Shown here: positions 54,228 through 64,000 of the stretch, one piece after another
Layout of the letters: each line of letters opens with the position of its first letter
Numbering within the stretch: the first letter of the stretch is position 1
Source of the DNA: Myxococcota bacterium
GTDB lineage: Bacteria > Myxococcota_A > UBA796 > SXON01
DNA: 64,000 bases
Reading direction: 5' to 3'
Assembly: GCA_040386535.1 (NCBI GenBank)
Contig: JAZKFH010000003.1
Span: 160,001 to 224,000 of the forward strand
Notes under the pieces: model-generated
The model's input: only the letters and a program-made list of their open reading frames with translations
Told to the model about the DNA's origin: nothing
Databases searched by the model: none
Translations under genes and position numbers: made by a program

Positions 54228-55259
54228 GTGACGAAGCGGTTGCTGCGCCTCCTCCCTGGCCTCCTGGTCAGCCTCGGGTTTACCCTGTGGTTCGTGCTGC
54301 GCGCCCATTGGGGCGAGGTCGCGAGCGCACTGGAGGGCGTGAACCTGCCGCTGGTGTTGCTCTCGGCGGCCGTGCTCTTCACCGAGTTCATCATCCGCAC
54401 GCTGCGTTGGAAGGTGTTGCTCCGCCCCTTCGCGCCCACCGCGCGCTTGTGGCGGCTCTTCATCGCCACCGTCATCGGCATGAGCCTCAACGTCGTGCTC
54501 CCGTTCCGCGCGGGTGACATCGCGCGCCCCTGGCTCGGCTCCCGTGAAACGGGAACCAACGTGCTCCCCCTCGTCACCATCGCCGTGATCGAGCGCGTGT
54601 TCGACATCCTGGGGCTCGTCAGCATCCTCGTCATCATGGTGCTCATCCTCCCGGAGAACGCCCAGGCGCACGGAGAGCTGGTCACCAACCTCCAACTCTA
54701 CGGGAGCATCTTCGGCTTCGCGGGCGTGTTGGGCATGGCGGTTTTCCTTACGTTGGCCGCCCAAGAGAAGGCCGCCCGACACATCTTCGTGCGCATCGTC
54801 TCCATCGCGCCCAAGCCGGTGGCCGATCGGTTCCTGTTCCTGTTCGACGGGTTCGTGCTCGGGCTCGAGAGCGTGCGCTCGCGCCGCGCCTTGTGGGAGG
54901 CGGGCGCCCTCTCGCTCCTGCACTGGCTCAACGGCTCGATCTCCATCTACGTGTTGTTCTGGGCCTTCGGCCTCGATCTCCCGTTCGCCGCCGCGTGCTT
55001 CACCACCGTCGCCATCGCGCTCACCGTCGCGTTGCCGCAGGCGCCCGGCTTCTTCGGCGTGTTCCACGTCGCCATCGAGACCACGCTCGTCCTCTGGGGC
55101 CTCGATCCGGCGCCCGCGCAGGCCTTCGCCATCGTCTTCTGGGCGGTCAGCTTCGTGCCGGTCGCGACGGTCGGCGCCATCGCGTGGTGGCGCGAGGGCC
55201 TGTCGCTCGTGTCACTCCGCGAGCAGGCGACACGGCTGGAGCCGGCCCCCGGCAAGTAG
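54228..55259 (+). CDS. Lysylphosphatidylglycerol synthase TM domain / UPF0104 flippase-like protein
   Basis: RWKVLL, NVVLPFRAGD..R, ERVFD, PQAPGFFGVFH. Confidence 0.88.
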   Translation: MTKRLLRLLPGLLVSLGFTLWFVLRAHWGEVASALEGVNLPLVLLSAAVLFTEFIIRTLRWKVLLRPFAPTARLWRLFIATVIGMSLNVVLPFRAGDIARPWLGSRETGTNVLPLVTIAVIERVFDILGLVSILVIMVLILPENAQAHGELVTNLQLYGSIFGFAGVLGMAVFLTLAAQEKAARHIFVRIVSIAPKPVADRFLFLFDGFVLGLESVRSRRALWEAGALSLLHWLNGSISIYVLFWAFGLDLPFAAACFTTVAIALTVALPQAPGFFGVFHVAIETTLVLWGLDPAPAQAFAIVFWAVSFVPVATVGAIAWWREGLSLVSLREQATRLEPAPGK

Positions 55260-55374
55260 GTCCGTAGAAAACGAACCAGGGCGCGCCCCCGCCCGAGCGC
55301 GGGGTCGGGCCGCAGGGCGTCCCTCGCGCGGGTGCTGTCTGCGCGTCGCGTTAGAGGCGCGCACCGGAGTTCCG

Positions 55375-56403
55375 ATGGGCCCGATCTACCTGTTCACCGC
55401 GCGGTCGATCCCCGTGTTCGTCGCGCCCTGGTACTTCCTGGCCCTGGCCTACATGGTCCTCGTCGCGCAGGACGTGGCGCACGGGCTGCTCTGGGCCGCG
55501 TGCGTCACCGTGAGCATCCTCGTGCACGAGTTCGGCCACGGCCTGATGGCGCTGTGGTTCAAGCTGGAGCCGTCCATCCTGCTGCACGGCTGGGGCGGGT
55601 TGACCGCGCACACGTCGGCCCGCCGGGATCGGGACGACGCGCTGATCATCTTGGCGGGCCCGGCGGCCGGCCTCCTGCTCGGCGGCGTCGTGTTCGTCGC
55701 GGCGTGGGCCGCCGAGCGTGCGTCCCCCGGCGTGATCTCGACCAACCTCATCCTCGAGCGGGTGATCTCCAACCTGCTGTTCTTGAACATCTTCTGGAGC
55801 CTCGTGAACCTCGTGCCGATGTTCCCGCTCGACGGGGGGCTGCTGTTCCGGCTCGGCGTGTACAAGCGCTTGCGGCCGAAAACGGCGGAGCGCGTGGTGC
55901 ACGGGACCGGGCTCGTGCTGGCGGTGGCGTGGGCCGTCGTCGGGTCGCTCGTGTGGGACAGCGCGTTCATGGTGATCATGGGCCTCTTGTTCGCGTACCA
56001 GAACTACGGCGTGCTCGCCGGGCGGACACGCGCGCCCAAGGCCCGGGTCGCGACCGAGGAGACCAGCACCCTGCTCGACGAGGCGCGCCGCGCGTGGGAC
56101 GCCGGGGACGCCCGCGAGGCCGCACGACTCTGCCACGTGCTCCGGGCCAGCGGCGACCTCCCGGCGCCCGTGCAGGCCGAGGCCTTCGCGTTGATCGTGA
56201 TCGCGAACGTGGCCATCGGCCAGCATGCGGAGGCGCTGTCGTGGGCCCGTTATGCGCCCGTCACGGGTCCCGTCGTGGAGGCGCGCATCACCGCCCTGCA
56301 TGCGCTGGGCAAGCTCGCCGAGGCCCGAGGCCTCCTCGCGGAGCATGGCGCGGCGGTGGCTGCGGCGGCGCGCGCCGAGCTCGAGCGGAAGCTCGCGGCG
56401 TAG
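55375..56403 (+). CDS. M50 site-2 metalloprotease with helical C-terminus
   Basis: HEFGH, LAGP, NLVPMFPLDGG. Confidence 0.92.
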   Translation: MGPIYLFTARSIPVFVAPWYFLALAYMVLVAQDVAHGLLWAACVTVSILVHEFGHGLMALWFKLEPSILLHGWGGLTAHTSARRDRDDALIILAGPAAGLLLGGVVFVAAWAAERASPGVISTNLILERVISNLLFLNIFWSLVNLVPMFPLDGGLLFRLGVYKRLRPKTAERVVHGTGLVLAVAWAVVGSLVWDSAFMVIMGLLFAYQNYGVLAGRTRAPKARVATEETSTLLDEARRAWDAGDAREAARLCHVLRASGDLPAPVQAEAFALIVIANVAIGQHAEALSWARYAPVTGPVVEARITALHALGKLAEARGLLAEHGAAVAAAARAELERKLAA

Positions 56404-56443
56404 GGTCGGTCCAGGGGCGTGGGCCGCCTCGTCGTCGCCCCTG

Positions 56444-57502
56444 CTACTCCGACCGGTCCGAGATCCCCGCGCTCGCGAAGGTCGCCATCTCGCCGAGCAC
56501 CTTCGCCGCGAGCCGCACGCTGTCGATGCCGAGGACCGCGCCGGTCCCCTCCCCCAGCTTCATGTCGAGATCGTGGAGCGCCTCCTTGCGGAGGTAGCGG
56601 CACATCCCCCAATGCGCGTTCTCCGCGCTGCGGTGGGACACGGCGAAGAACGGGACACAGTCGGGCGCCAACACCGACGCCACGAGCCCGCCCGCGGTCG
56701 AGATGAACCCGTCGAGGATCACGGGCACGCCGGTCGCGGCGCCGCCGATGCACAACCCGGCGATGGCCGCGATCTCGAAACCACCGACGGCCGAGAGGAT
56801 GCCGATGCCGTCGTCACGCCCCGGGTCGTGCCGCGCGATCGCCGCGTCGATGGCGACGACCTTGCGGGCCAGCCCCGCGTCGTCCACGCCGGTGCCACGC
56901 CCCGCCGTCAGCTTGCCCGGCATGGCGGCCACCGCGGCCAGCACCGCGGCGGCGGAGGTGGTGTTGCCGATGCCCATCTCGCCGGCCCCGAGGATGGTGA
57001 CACCCTCGGCGGCGGCCTCCATCGCCAGCGCGATCCCCACGTTGACGGCGGCCTCGGCCTCCGCGCGCGTCATCGCCAGCTCGCGCACCATGTTGCCGGT
57101 GCCCGCGCGCACCCGGCGGTCGTGGAACCGCGCGAACACCGTGTCCACGGCCCCCGTGAGGTCCCCCGCGACGCCCACGTCGACCACGCCGAGCTCGACG
57201 TCGTGGTGGCGCGCGAACACGTTCACCGCGGCGCCTCCCGCGAGGAAGTTGCGCACCATCTGCACCGTGACCGCCGAGGGGTACGGGCTCACGCCCTCCG
57301 CGGTGACCCCGTGGTCGCCCGCGAACGTGTAGACCCGCGCGCGGGCCGGCACCTTGGCGGGGTAGCCGGTCGCGCCGCACCACCACGCCACGAGATCTTC
57401 GAGCTTCCCCAGGCTCCCGGGCGGCTTGGTGAGGCGATCGAGGTGGGCGCGGGCGGCGCTCACCGCCGCCTCGTCGAAGGTGCGGAGGCTGGGAAGTTGC
57501 AT
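56444..57502 (-). CDS. cobT: Nicotinate-nucleotide--dimethylbenzimidazole phosphoribosyltransferase
   Basis: LTKPPGSLGKLE, AGDHGV, GEMGIGNTT, GGFEIA, LGEGTGA. Confidence 0.96.
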   Translation of the reverse strand: MQLPSLRTFDEAAVSAARAHLDRLTKPPGSLGKLEDLVAWWCGATGYPAKVPARARVYTFAGDHGVTAEGVSPYPSAVTVQMVRNFLAGGAAVNVFARHHDVELGVVDVGVAGDLTGAVDTVFARFHDRRVRAGTGNMVRELAMTRAEAEAAVNVGIALAMEAAAEGVTILGAGEMGIGNTTSAAAVLAAVAAMPGKLTAGRGTGVDDAGLARKVVAIDAAIARHDPGRDDGIGILSAVGGFEIAAIAGLCIGGAATGVPVILDGFISTAGGLVASVLAPDCVPFFAVSHRSAENAHWGMCRYLRKEALHDLDMKLGEGTGAVLGIDSVRLAAKVLGEMATFASAGISDRSE

Positions 57503-57526
57503 CCGTGCCGCTTATGGGCCGTCCGA

Positions 57527-59083
57527 ATGTCGCGCCAGCTGCGTCCCCTGCGCCCCCTCCGCATCCTCGGACGCGAGCCGATCACGTGGCCCAGCGTCCT
57601 GTCTGCGCGCAGCTCGGGATGGCCAGCCGCCCTCGCCCTCGCGGCGGCGTGGGCGCTCCTTCCGGCGCTCCCGGCGCTCCTCCGCGGCGAGCTCCTCGGC
57701 TCTCCGTTCACGGACCTGTACCCGTCGGTGTGGGGCCTCGCGTGGTTCGCCGGCGAGCAGCCGGGCCTCCCGACGTTTACCACGGCGCTGGGTGCTCCCG
57801 CGGGCATGCCGTTCTACTACTCCTCGCCGCTGCACGGCTGGGCCGGCACGCCGGCGGTCTGGGTGGGCGGCGCCGCCTTCGCCTACAACCTCACGCTCCT
57901 CGCGGCGCGTTTCGCCACGGTCGCCGTGGCCTTCGGGTGCTTCCGCGCCGGCGGCCTCGGGGTGGCCGGCGCCATCGCCGCGGCGGGGGTGTACGGCGCG
58001 TCCCCCTACTTCCACGGCTACGCGGTGGAGGGCATCGTGGAGGGCACCGACGGGTGGACCCTCCCGCTCTGGGCGTGGCTCGTGCTCCGCAAGGAGCGCC
58101 TCGGGAGCGTGGCCGCCTTCGCGCTCATCGTCATCTCGAGCTGGTACCTCGGCATGGTCGCGTGCCTGCTCGCCGCGGCCTGGGGCCTCCGGGAGCGGCT
58201 CGCCTGGCTCTCGCTCGTGGTCGGCCTCGCCCTCGCGTCCCCCTTCCTCGCGTTGTTCGTGGGCGGCTTCTCCGCCGCCGCGCCGCTCCCCGACACGATC
58301 CGCGCGGCGATGGGCATGCCCATTGATCTCGTCTTGCCGGGCGCGCTCCCCGGCCTCAATCCCTTCGCCATCACGACGTGGATCGGCGTCTCCACCCTCG
58401 TCCTCGCGGGGCTCGCGGCGCGCGCCCGCCCCGGGTTCGCGCTCGGCGCCCTGGCCTGCGCGGCGCTCTCGCTCGGGCGCGGCCCCTGGTACGACCTGCC
58501 CGTCCTCGAGGCCGTCCGCTTTCCCTACCGCTGGCACGCGGGCACGCTGTTCTGCCTCGCCCCGCTCGTCGGTTTCGCGGTCGACCGCATCGGCAAGCCC
58601 TGGCTCGCGCTGCTCCCGATCTTCGAGGGCCTCCTCCTCTCCCGCGTCGAGATGGTGCTCCCCGGCTCTCCCGCGGAGGTGCCCGCGATCTACGACCACG
58701 TGCGTGGAGACGTGCTCCTCGAGGTGCCCGGCCCGGTCCGGATGGCGCCCGGCGAGATCAACCGATCGCGGCCCCGCGCGCGCTACCTGCTCTACTACCA
58801 GGCCCACCACGGCGCCGCGTCGCCCTGGGCGCCCGACTTCAACGGGGTCGCCGCCACGTTGCCGGCGCCCTGGCTCGCCACGTTCGCGAGCTGGGATCCG
58901 CTCATGAAGGCCGAGCGCACGGCGCCCGATCTCGTCGGCGCGGCCGTCGCGGGTGTCACCCAGATCATGGTCCACCGCGACGAGCTCGGCGGCAACGCCG
59001 AGGCGTTCGAGCACGCCTTGCGCGAGGCCGGCGGGGTCGAAGAGTCGCGGGACGGCGAGACGGTGCTCTACCGCTTGCCGTAG
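57527..59083 (+). CDS. Polytopic membrane protein, GT-C glycosyltransferase-like
   Basis: TD..WG..W, APAG, AYNL, ASPY, YLG, RFPYR pattern with about 10 TM and a soluble tail; start uncertain. Confidence 0.62.
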   Translation: MSRQLRPLRPLRILGREPITWPSVLSARSSGWPAALALAAAWALLPALPALLRGELLGSPFTDLYPSVWGLAWFAGEQPGLPTFTTALGAPAGMPFYYSSPLHGWAGTPAVWVGGAAFAYNLTLLAARFATVAVAFGCFRAGGLGVAGAIAAAGVYGASPYFHGYAVEGIVEGTDGWTLPLWAWLVLRKERLGSVAAFALIVISSWYLGMVACLLAAAWGLRERLAWLSLVVGLALASPFLALFVGGFSAAAPLPDTIRAAMGMPIDLVLPGALPGLNPFAITTWIGVSTLVLAGLAARARPGFALGALACAALSLGRGPWYDLPVLEAVRFPYRWHAGTLFCLAPLVGFAVDRIGKPWLALLPIFEGLLLSRVEMVLPGSPAEVPAIYDHVRGDVLLEVPGPVRMAPGEINRSRPRARYLLYYQAHHGAASPWAPDFNGVAATLPAPWLATFASWDPLMKAERTAPDLVGAAVAGVTQIMVHRDELGGNAEAFEHALREAGGVEESRDGETVLYRLP

Positions 59084-59106
59084 ACTGCGCGCGATCCGGA
59101 GCCCCC

Positions 59107-60339
59107 TTGCTCGTCGCGCTCGCTCTCCTCCCCGCCGCCTTCGCAAACGGCCAGACGAGCCACCAGTGGATCTCCATCCTGGCGATCGACCACGTGCCCC
59201 CGGGCGAGCTGGCGGATTTGCTGGCCCGCGAGGACGTGCGCGCCGCGCTCCTGAACGGCACGATGTTCCCCGACGGCGGCTACGCGGTGGGCGACGACTA
59301 CGGCGAGATGGCGCATTGGGAGCCGACCCAGGACCTGTACCTCGATTGGATCCGCACGAACCACGCCGCGCCCTTCGATGACATCGGCGCCCAGCACGTC
59401 GCCTTCCTGCTCGGGATGATGTCGCACGGCATGGCCGACCAATTCTACGATGCCACGTTCATGGAGCGGAGCAAGGCCTGGGATCCGCCCGAGAGCTGGG
59501 CGTGCTGCTCGATGGACGAGGCGACCGACGTGGCCTACGCCGCCATCCAGGGCCCGGGCACGGTGCCTCCCAAGTGGTGGCCGGAGGAGCTGCTCCCGTT
59601 CTTCACGACCAACGGTCACACCGTGGACTACGCGACGGTGGACCGGGGCCAATCGTTCCTCGGGCTCGCGATCGCGTACGTCGGCGCCTCCGCCGAGGAC
59701 GCGACCACGGTGGAGCGCTACACCGCCGAGTTCCCGTGGGCGTGCACGCACCAGGTCGATCCCGCCGTGGTCGGCACGCCCGCGCACGAGGCGGAATTCG
59801 TCGCCGCGTATTGGCAGGCCATCTGGAACCGCCTCCACGGGGGCGACGGGTGGGAGAGCCCGGTCCTCGGCACCCAACCCGCGGCCGACGGGTGGCAACG
59901 GGTCCTGGATCACACCAACGTCGACTCCCGCTTGGCCGTCGTGTTTGCACGCGCGCTCGATCCGTCCAGCGTGGAGGGCGCCATCACCGTCGCGACGGTC
60001 GACGGCGTGCCGGTTCCGGTGACCCTGAACGTGTACTACGGGTGGGCCTCCCACGTGGTCAACATCGCCCCGCTCGAGGATTGGGCGGCCGACACCGACT
60101 ATGTCATCACCGTACACCCCGGCATCCACTCGTACGACAGCGCGGTCACGGTCGAGAATGCCATCCCCATCCCGTTCACCACGCGGATGCCTCCCCCGGT
60201 CGACACGGGGGACACCGCCGCGCCCCCGGCCGTCACCGACGAGGACGAGGGCGGGTGTGGTTGCGCGACCGGCGCGAACGCAGGCGCGACCGTGCTCCTG
60301 GGGCTGGTAGGCGTCTTGGCGGCGCGGCGGCGGTCCTGA
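59107..60339 (+). CDS. Zinc-dependent phospholipase C-family protein with Ig-like domain and MYXO-CTERM tail
   Basis: Signal peptide then GQTSH, FPDGGY, AHW, SHGMAD; Big_5-like domain; GGCGC..LLGLVGVLAARRRS. Confidence 0.8.
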   Translation: MLVALALLPAAFANGQTSHQWISILAIDHVPPGELADLLAREDVRAALLNGTMFPDGGYAVGDDYGEMAHWEPTQDLYLDWIRTNHAAPFDDIGAQHVAFLLGMMSHGMADQFYDATFMERSKAWDPPESWACCSMDEATDVAYAAIQGPGTVPPKWWPEELLPFFTTNGHTVDYATVDRGQSFLGLAIAYVGASAEDATTVERYTAEFPWACTHQVDPAVVGTPAHEAEFVAAYWQAIWNRLHGGDGWESPVLGTQPAADGWQRVLDHTNVDSRLAVVFARALDPSSVEGAITVATVDGVPVPVTLNVYYGWASHVVNIAPLEDWAADTDYVITVHPGIHSYDSAVTVENAIPIPFTTRMPPPVDTGDTAAPPAVTDEDEGGCGCATGANAGATVLLGLVGVLAARRRS

Positions 60340-60381
60340 CAGCAGGTCGCGGAGAAGCCAAGGTAGAGCTACAGTTGGCCG

Positions 60382-61029
60382 ATGCTCCGCCGATTCTTCG
60401 CTCACCTCCTCGTGGCCGCGGGCCTCCTGTTGTCGGTGGCGACGTCCACCAAGGAGTCGTACGCGCCCGGTGAAGCCACCTCGGGGAGCGTGCGCGTGAA
60501 CGGAGGCACGCTCGCGTCCGGCGCGCCGATCCTCCTGCGCGTGACCCTCGACGTCGACGGCGAGTGGTTCACCGAGGACACGGACGGCACACGTACCGAT
60601 GTCCAGCAGACCAGCCAGCTGCGCGTCGGCTTCGGCAGGTGGGAGGCTGCGGCGGGCGGTACGGTCCAGCTGTACCGCGGAAGCGAAGGGAGCTGCACCG
60701 GCAGCCCGTCGAGCGACCGCGCGGACGTGCCCGGCGAGGGCGGTTGGGACTCGCCGCCCTCGGACATCGTGGACGACATCTCCCCTGGCACCACACTCGT
60801 GCTGGTGTACGTCACGGGTGACCCCGTCCATGTCGGGCCGCTGGAGCTCACCGTGGCCCAGGAGACGTTGGGCGAGTCCCGCGTACCGGTGCAGGGCGTC
60901 GTGACGCTTCAGCTCGAAGCCGAAGTCCTCCCCCTCGACTGCCGCGTGGAACCCGACGCGACGGACACAGCCGACGGCCACGGGGACACCGCCGACACCG
61001 CCGACACCGCCGACACCGCCACGCCCTGA
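60382..61029 (+). CDS. Secreted hypothetical protein with C-terminal DTA repeats
   Basis: Signal peptide; beta-rich body; DTADTADTADTA tail. Confidence 0.7.
   Translation: MLRRFFAHLLVAAGLLLSVATSTKESYAPGEATSGSVRVNGGTLASGAPILLRVTLDVDGEWFTEDTDGTRTDVQQTSQLRVGFGRWEAAAGGTVQLYRGSEGSCTGSPSSDRADVPGEGGWDSPPSDIVDDISPGTTLVLVYVTGDPVHVGPLELTVAQETLGESRVPVQGVVTLQLEAEVLPLDCRVEPDATDTADGHGDTADTADTADTATP
60985..61020 (+). repeat. Four 9-bp coding tandem repeats (DTA)
   Basis: gacaccgcc four times. Confidence 0.92.
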
Positions 61030-61033
61030 CCCG

Positions 61034-61942
61034 TCACAACGCGGGCAACCCGTCCACGTCGATCTCCCAGCCGGACGCGCACGCGCCACACTCCGTCTCC
61101 TCCATCACCCAGGCGCCGCCCTCCCCCCGGGTCACGGTCAACACCGGCGTGTACAGCCGCAACACGCCGTCCTCCCCCTGCAACGATCCCGCCAGCGTCG
61201 GCAGCTCGCCGCCGTCACACGACGCGGAGAACGCCTCGGTCCAGGTGGTGGACACCGAGGCGACCCGCCCGAGCACGTCCAGCTCGACGGCGTAGCTCTC
61301 CGGTGCCAGGAATTGGATCCGCGCAGCCACGGTCCCGTCGCAGGTAGCTTCGAGGCTCGTCGTGGCCCACGCGCCGGGGCTGATCGGGCAGTCGGCGGGC
61401 CACGGCGCAGTCCACATGTCGGTGACAGGGTCCGCGGTCACCTCCCCCGCGTCGAACCCCATCTCCCACACGCCGCCCTCCACCCAAGCCGGCGGCAGGC
61501 CTGTCACCCGCACGGTGCCGACGCCGGTGGCCGCGTCGCAGGTGGCGGCGCCGTCGGTGACGACGACGTGGGGCGCCACGGGCAGATCGTCGCCGGCCGG
61601 GAGGTAGCCGACGACCACGCTCCGGGTCCCTTCGACCCCGTACAGGCCCAGGGCGCCGGGCCGGTGGCCCACGGACAGGGTGCCCCCGCCGACGGACGCG
61701 CCCGTGGCGTAGAAGCCCAGCCCCTCCCAGCCCTCGCCGCGCGTCCCACCGGCGCGCGTGTCGATGGCCCACTCGAAGGAGACGTCGATGGGGCCCCCGC
61801 CGGCGTCACAAGTGACATCGACCGAGACGGCGGCGTAGCTCTCGCCGATGCGGCAGGGGTCCACCGTGTAGAGCGTGGCGGGGGTGTCACACCCGGCCGC
61901 CAGCATGCTGATCCACAGCAGGTTCTCTCGATACCGCATCAC
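61034..61942 (-). CDS. Hypothetical Cys-containing lipoprotein
   Basis: MLAAGC lipobox; start overlaps kinase stop. Confidence 0.65.
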   Translation of the reverse strand: MMRYRENLLWISMLAAGCDTPATLYTVDPCRIGESYAAVSVDVTCDAGGGPIDVSFEWAIDTRAGGTRGEGWEGLGFYATGASVGGGTLSVGHRPGALGLYGVEGTRSVVVGYLPAGDDLPVAPHVVVTDGAATCDAATGVGTVRVTGLPPAWVEGGVWEMGFDAGEVTADPVTDMWTAPWPADCPISPGAWATTSLEATCDGTVAARIQFLAPESYAVELDVLGRVASVSTTWTEAFSASCDGGELPTLAGSLQGEDGVLRLYTPVLTVTRGEGGAWVMEETECGACASGWEIDVDGLPAL

Positions 61943-63705
61943 TCGAGGATCACCGGGGTGGGCATCACGACCGCGCCGGCGCCCACGTCGACCGAGCGCG
62001 TGTCGGAGCGCCCGGTGACCGGGTCACGCACGACGATCTCGTGCTTGCCGGCGGCGATGCTGTGGAGGCGGAGCGGGGTCACGCCCACCTTCGCGCCGTC
62101 CACGAACACCTCGAGCTTGAGGGGGCGGCTGGTGAGGTTGAGAAAACCTGGCGCCGCGGCGGGGGCTTTCGTCGGTGTCGGCGTGGGCGCTACGGTCGCG
62201 ACCGGGGCCGTCGGTTCCACAACGGCCTCCCCCGTCGGCTCGACCTTCACGAGGGGCGCCGTCTCGGTGACGGGCGCGACCTGGGTTCCCGTCGGCGTCG
62301 CCCCGGGAGCCACCATAGGGCCCGCCGCCGCCGTGCCCGTTCCACTCACGACGGCCGTGGCGGGCGCCGTACTCTTCTCGACCGCCTCGGCGGGCGCGCG
62401 GGTCCCCTTCCCGCTCGGCTCCACCGCAGCTCGCTCCACCGCCACCACGGGCGCAACCACGGCCTCGACCGGCCCCTGCTCCACGGGACTCGCGACGACC
62501 ACGGGGGGTGGCTGGATCACGTCCCAGAACCACCACGTCAACCCGACCCCGCCGACGATCAGCCCGCCGAGCAGGACGGTGGAGAGCCCCACCCCCGCCG
62601 CGGCCCACGCCATCCACAGCGGCTGTCCCGGTGGCGCCTCGATCGACGCCACGTTCAGCGTGCCCGACGCCTCGCTGGGCGGCGCCGGCACCACGATCGG
62701 GCGCGTCCCGGTGGAGGCGCCGTCCCGATAGGCGCGCAGGCGGCGGGTGATGTCGTTGACGCCCTCGCCGTGGGCCTCGCGGAGCAGCTCGGCGATCCAC
62801 CGCGGCGGCGCCGGGCCCCCGATGGGGGAGAGCGCGATCTCCAGGTCGGCCCGGAACGCGTCGGCCGAGGTGTACCGATCGTCGGGGCGGACCGCGAGCG
62901 CTTTTGCGTGGATGCGGCGGAGGAGCGGCAGATCGGGGTGGTCCACCGTGTCGGGCAGCGGCGGGATCTGGCCGGACAGGATCCGGTGGAGGATCTGCAC
63001 CTCCGTGAGCCCGGCGAACGGACTGCGCCCGGTGAGGAGCTCGTGGAACACCAACGCCAGCGCGAACACGTCGGCCCGGCCGTCGATCGCGCCGTCCCCC
63101 TGGATCTGCTCGGGCGCCATGTAGGCGAACTTGCCCTTCATGGTGTTGCCCTCGGTCTTCTCCAGGCGGTCGGCCGCCTTGGCCACGCCGAAGTCGATGA
63201 GCTTCACCTCGCCGTTCACCGAGAGCATCACGTTGCGCGGGTTCACGTCGCGATGGACGATGTTCATCGGGCGGCCGAGCTGGTCGACGCGGGTGTGCGC
63301 GTACTGGAGCGCACGGAGCACCCCGACCAGCACGGTGAGCGCGATGCGCACCGGCAGCAGCTTGCCCTTGTGCGCGAGCGCGATCTGGAGCGCCCGGAGG
63401 TCAAGCCCCGGGACGTACTCCATCGCCATGTAGAACTCGTCGCCCTCGCGGCCGAAGTCGTACACCTGCGCGATGTTCTCGTGGGAGAGCTCCGCGTTGA
63501 TGCGGGCCTCGTCCTGGAACATGCGCACGTACTGCTCGTCGATCTGGTTCGACGCGCGGATCCGCTTGATGACGATGAAGCGGACGAAGCCGCCCTCACC
63601 GACCGCGCGCCGCGCGAGATCGACCTCCGACATGCCGCCGGCCCCGAGCCGCTCGAGCAGCAGGTAGGTGCCGTAGGGCCGGGGGTAGGCGGCGAGCTCG
63701 TTCAC
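61939..63705 (-). CDS. Membrane Ser/Thr protein kinase with PEGA domain
   Basis: LGAGGMSEV, VIKRI, HRDVNPRN, DFG, GKFAYMAPEQ; TM; VFVDG..GVTPL PEGA. Confidence 0.95.
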   Translation of the reverse strand: MNELAAYPRPYGTYLLLERLGAGGMSEVDLARRAVGEGGFVRFIVIKRIRASNQIDEQYVRMFQDEARINAELSHENIAQVYDFGREGDEFYMAMEYVPGLDLRALQIALAHKGKLLPVRIALTVLVGVLRALQYAHTRVDQLGRPMNIVHRDVNPRNVMLSVNGEVKLIDFGVAKAADRLEKTEGNTMKGKFAYMAPEQIQGDGAIDGRADVFALALVFHELLTGRSPFAGLTEVQILHRILSGQIPPLPDTVDHPDLPLLRRIHAKALAVRPDDRYTSADAFRADLEIALSPIGGPAPPRWIAELLREAHGEGVNDITRRLRAYRDGASTGTRPIVVPAPPSEASGTLNVASIEAPPGQPLWMAWAAAGVGLSTVLLGGLIVGGVGLTWWFWDVIQPPPVVVASPVEQGPVEAVVAPVVAVERAAVEPSGKGTRAPAEAVEKSTAPATAVVSGTGTAAAGPMVAPGATPTGTQVAPVTETAPLVKVEPTGEAVVEPTAPVATVAPTPTPTKAPAAAPGFLNLTSRPLKLEVFVDGAKVGVTPLRLHSIAAGKHEIVVRDPVTGRSDTRSVDVGAGAVVMPTPVILE

Positions 63706-63724
63706 GACACGAGAGTATACGGGA

Positions 63725-64000
63725 TCAGGCCGAGCGCCCGAGCAGCGCGAACTTGAGGTACCGCCCCTCGGGGTGGCCGATGGCGACCGGGTGATCGGGC
63801 GGCTCCGCCGCGCGCGCCATCCAGGCCCAGCCGCCCTTGACGCCCTCGCGCACGGCCTCCTCCCACCGATCCCACGAGAGCCGCGCGGTGCACGACGAGG
63901 TGGAGAACAGCTCGGTGGAGAGCTCGGAGGCGTGCTTGTTCAGGTCGCGGTACGCCTTGCGCGCGGCGTTGTCGGCTTCCTTACCGTGGGCCAGCGAGGG
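63725..64000 (-). CDS. C-terminal part of RlmI-family SAM-dependent methyltransferase (cut by window edge; absent from ORF track)
   Basis: Own translation: PSLAHG..AYRDLN..TSSC..PPDHPV..PEGRYLKFALL then stop. Confidence 0.82.
   Translation of the reverse strand, partial: PSLAHGKEADNAARKAYRDLNKHASELSTELFSTSSCTARLSWDRWEEAVREGVKGGWAWMARAAEPPDHPVAIGHPEGRYLKFALLGRSA

Noticed and set aside
57503..57526. Cobalamin riboswitch upstream of cobT
   Set aside because: Too little intergenic space and no B12-box
56225..59083. 952-aa ORF as a single fusion protein
   Set aside because: The first 434 codons are largely antisense to cobT and overlap the M50 gene end; only the part from about 57527 looks coding

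Overview
A GC-rich chromosomal window from a Myxococcota-like bacterium (inferred from Agl/Glt-type genes, a MYXO-CTERM tail, a PEGA Ser/Thr kinase and ftsK-lolA-rimO synteny). No transposase, integrase, prophage or CRISPR array is visible. Bases 1.4-25.5 kb form one minus-strand run: dacB; an Agl-Glt-like envelope machine (periplasmic protein, three TPR proteins, GltF-like, an embedded MotA/ExbB plus two ExbD, GltG-like) continuing into a helical protein, an outer-membrane beta-barrel and a short OPX/Wza; then ftsK-lolA-rimO; then a second MotA/ExbB plus two ExbD. The middle holds a beta-barrel-fused SppA, an orphan sigma54 regulator, tRNA-Phe and a housekeeping superoperon (yceD-rpmF-plsX-acpP-fabF-rpiB-glyA-nrdR-ribD-ribE-ribBX-ribH-nusB-mazG-like-iscA-fdx). 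The right part holds tRNA-Gln and two tRNA-Glu genes, a Ski2-like helicase, a 4Fe-4S protein paired with a BMC-T shell gene, a pfkB/SIR2-like/FAH/transporter/ggt operon, cobT and secreted proteins. Best candidates for undescribed biology: (1) the motorised Glt-like machine linked to a polysaccharide-export translocon, with one ExbD lacking the conserved Asp; (2) the BMC-T/four-cluster Fe-S pair; (3) a SIR2-like protein without the catalytic His and a radical-SAM-like protein without CxxxCxxC; (4) a lipoprotein-like ORF overlapping tRNA-Phe; (5) recurrent Asp-Thr-Ala repeats in secreted proteins. All assignments come from motif recognition by eye; no database search was run.
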